Shown: positions 63,322 to 64,000 of the stretch, one piece after another
Position numbering within the stretch: the stretch's first letter is position 1
Layout: every line of letters begins with the position of its first letter
Assembly: GCA_963777495.1 (NCBI GenBank)
Contig: CAVZQM010000004.1
Coordinates: 362,715 to 426,714 of the forward strand
Direction: 5' to 3'
DNA from: an uncultured Actinomycetes bacterium
Lineage (GTDB): Bacteria > Actinomycetota > UBA4738 > HRBIN12
DNA: 64,000 nt
Made by a program: the position numbers and the translations under genes
Notes under the pieces: generated by a model
The model's database searches: none
Told to the model about the DNA's origin: nothing
What the model saw: the letters and a program-made list of their open reading frames with translations, nothing else

Positions 63322-64000
63322 GCCCCACGCTCCATACCGGCCCGCGCCGCCCGGACGTCGCTGTCGCCGCCGACCCGCTCGATGTGCGATTCGGCGGTCT
63401 CCAGCAGGACGCGCCGGAAATGGTGCGACACCAGCTGGGTGACCGCAGGCAGGAGCTCCGCGAACGCCACCACCATCTGATCGGCCGCCTCGGCGTCGGT
63501 GCCGGCGGTATCGCGGATCGGCTTACGGACATGCTCGTCGAACAGCTCGACGGCGCGTTCGGCCAGCCCGTGCATCGCCATGTCGGCGTCCCGCGCGAGC
63601 GTCAGCAGATCGCCGATCGGCAGTCCGAATTCCAGCAGCCGGAGCGCGGTCCGTACGAGCTGGATGTCCGAGGCCGTGTACCGATCCACCCCGTCCACGA
63701 TGTGGCCCAATCGGATGCCCTCGCGCTCGACGGCTTGGATCAACGATGCGGGCACGCCGCTGCGATCCGCGAACTGCTCGAGCGTCAGCAGCTCCCCGTC
63801 CCCGCCCGTGCCTCGTGCGGCCGCCACCGCCGCGGCGAGGTCCGCATCGGCCGAGCCGAGCTCGCCGAGGACGACCCGCTTGATGGCGGCGAGGGTCAGC
63901 CCCTTCGACTGGAGCGTTCGGATCTCGCGGATCCGCTCCGCATGGTCCGCGCCGTACCAGGCGACGCGTCCCTCCCGGACCGGCGCGGGGAGCAGCCCGA
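63318..64000 (-). CDS. MerR-family transcriptional regulator with two MerR-like HTH segments, 5' end outside window
   Basis: The frame of ORF 63318..63827 remains open to the window end. The upstream part reads RVAWYGADHAERIREIRTLQSKGLTLAAIKRVV, and the downstream part reads LTLEQFADRSGVPASLIQAVEREG...YTASDIQLVRTALRLLEFGLPIGDL. Confidence 0.7.
   Translation of the reverse strand, partial: GLLPAPVREGRVAWYGADHAERIREIRTLQSKGLTLAAIKRVVLGELGSADADLAAAVAAARGTGGDGELLTLEQFADRSGVPASLIQAVEREGIRLGHIVDGVDRYTASDIQLVRTALRLLEFGLPIGDLLTLARDADMAMHGLAERAVELFDEHVRKPIRDTAGTDAEAADQMVVAFAELLPAVTQLVSHHFRRVLLETAESHIERVGGDSDVRAARAGMERGA

Overview
This is a very GC-rich bacterial chromosome segment (about 70% GC, estimated by eye) with actinobacterial-type synteny. 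It is densely coding, with roughly 75 genes. Many genes are joined by 4-5 nt start/stop overlaps (ATGA, GTGA, TGATG), and I used these to choose start codons. The blocks, in order, are as follows. (1) A 5'-partial 2-oxoacid dehydrogenase E2, followed by BtuF-like, EamA, nucleoside phosphorylase, small ORF and hotdog genes. (2) Two tandem paralogous single-domain response regulators. (3) A long minus-strand purine cluster, purA-purD-purE-purB-purC-purS-purQ-purL then purF-purM, interrupted by a HAD hydrolase gene and a translationally coupled ECF sigma/ogt pair. (4) A structured leader with a canonical intrinsic terminator in front of a Na/Pi-cotransporter-like gene, yezD, and a NitT/TauT-type ABC ATPase and permease. 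(5) Dodecin, a DUF2090-like aldolase, MBL hydrolase, MFS, and lemA plus its partner. (6) The heat-shock operon dnaK-grpE-dnaJ-hspR-GNAT-clpB. (7) A membrane Fe-S oxidoreductase, a soluble HisKA_3 kinase with a NarL-type regulator, dcd, trpD, tRNA-Gly(CCC) directly abutting an MFS gene remnant, nth-dnaB, arsR-MFS, rpsF-ssb-rpsR-rplI and panB. (8) A membrane histidine kinase with a NarL-type regulator, followed by the most unusual locus in the window. That locus holds three TasA/camelysin-like paralogues with SipW-cognate-type signal peptides, a membrane-anchored unknown protein, a SipW-like (archaeal/ER-type) signal peptidase and a 321-aa secreted protein. (9) The menaquinone genes menE, menB, menA, menD, menF and menG, split by cupin, GNAT, LigC-like ligase, VOC and PrimPol-like genes, then a 3'-partial MerR regulator. 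At least six single-base frameshifts interrupt conserved genes: HAD, the second MFS, sipW (two) and menD (two). The start of the Na/Pi-like gene probably carries a seventh. Every one I could localise lies in or beside a short G/C run, and two pairs are compensating, which fits assembly error better than gene decay. I saw no transposase, integrase, CRISPR array or rRNA. All functional calls come from motif and pattern recognition on the supplied translations, not from database searches.
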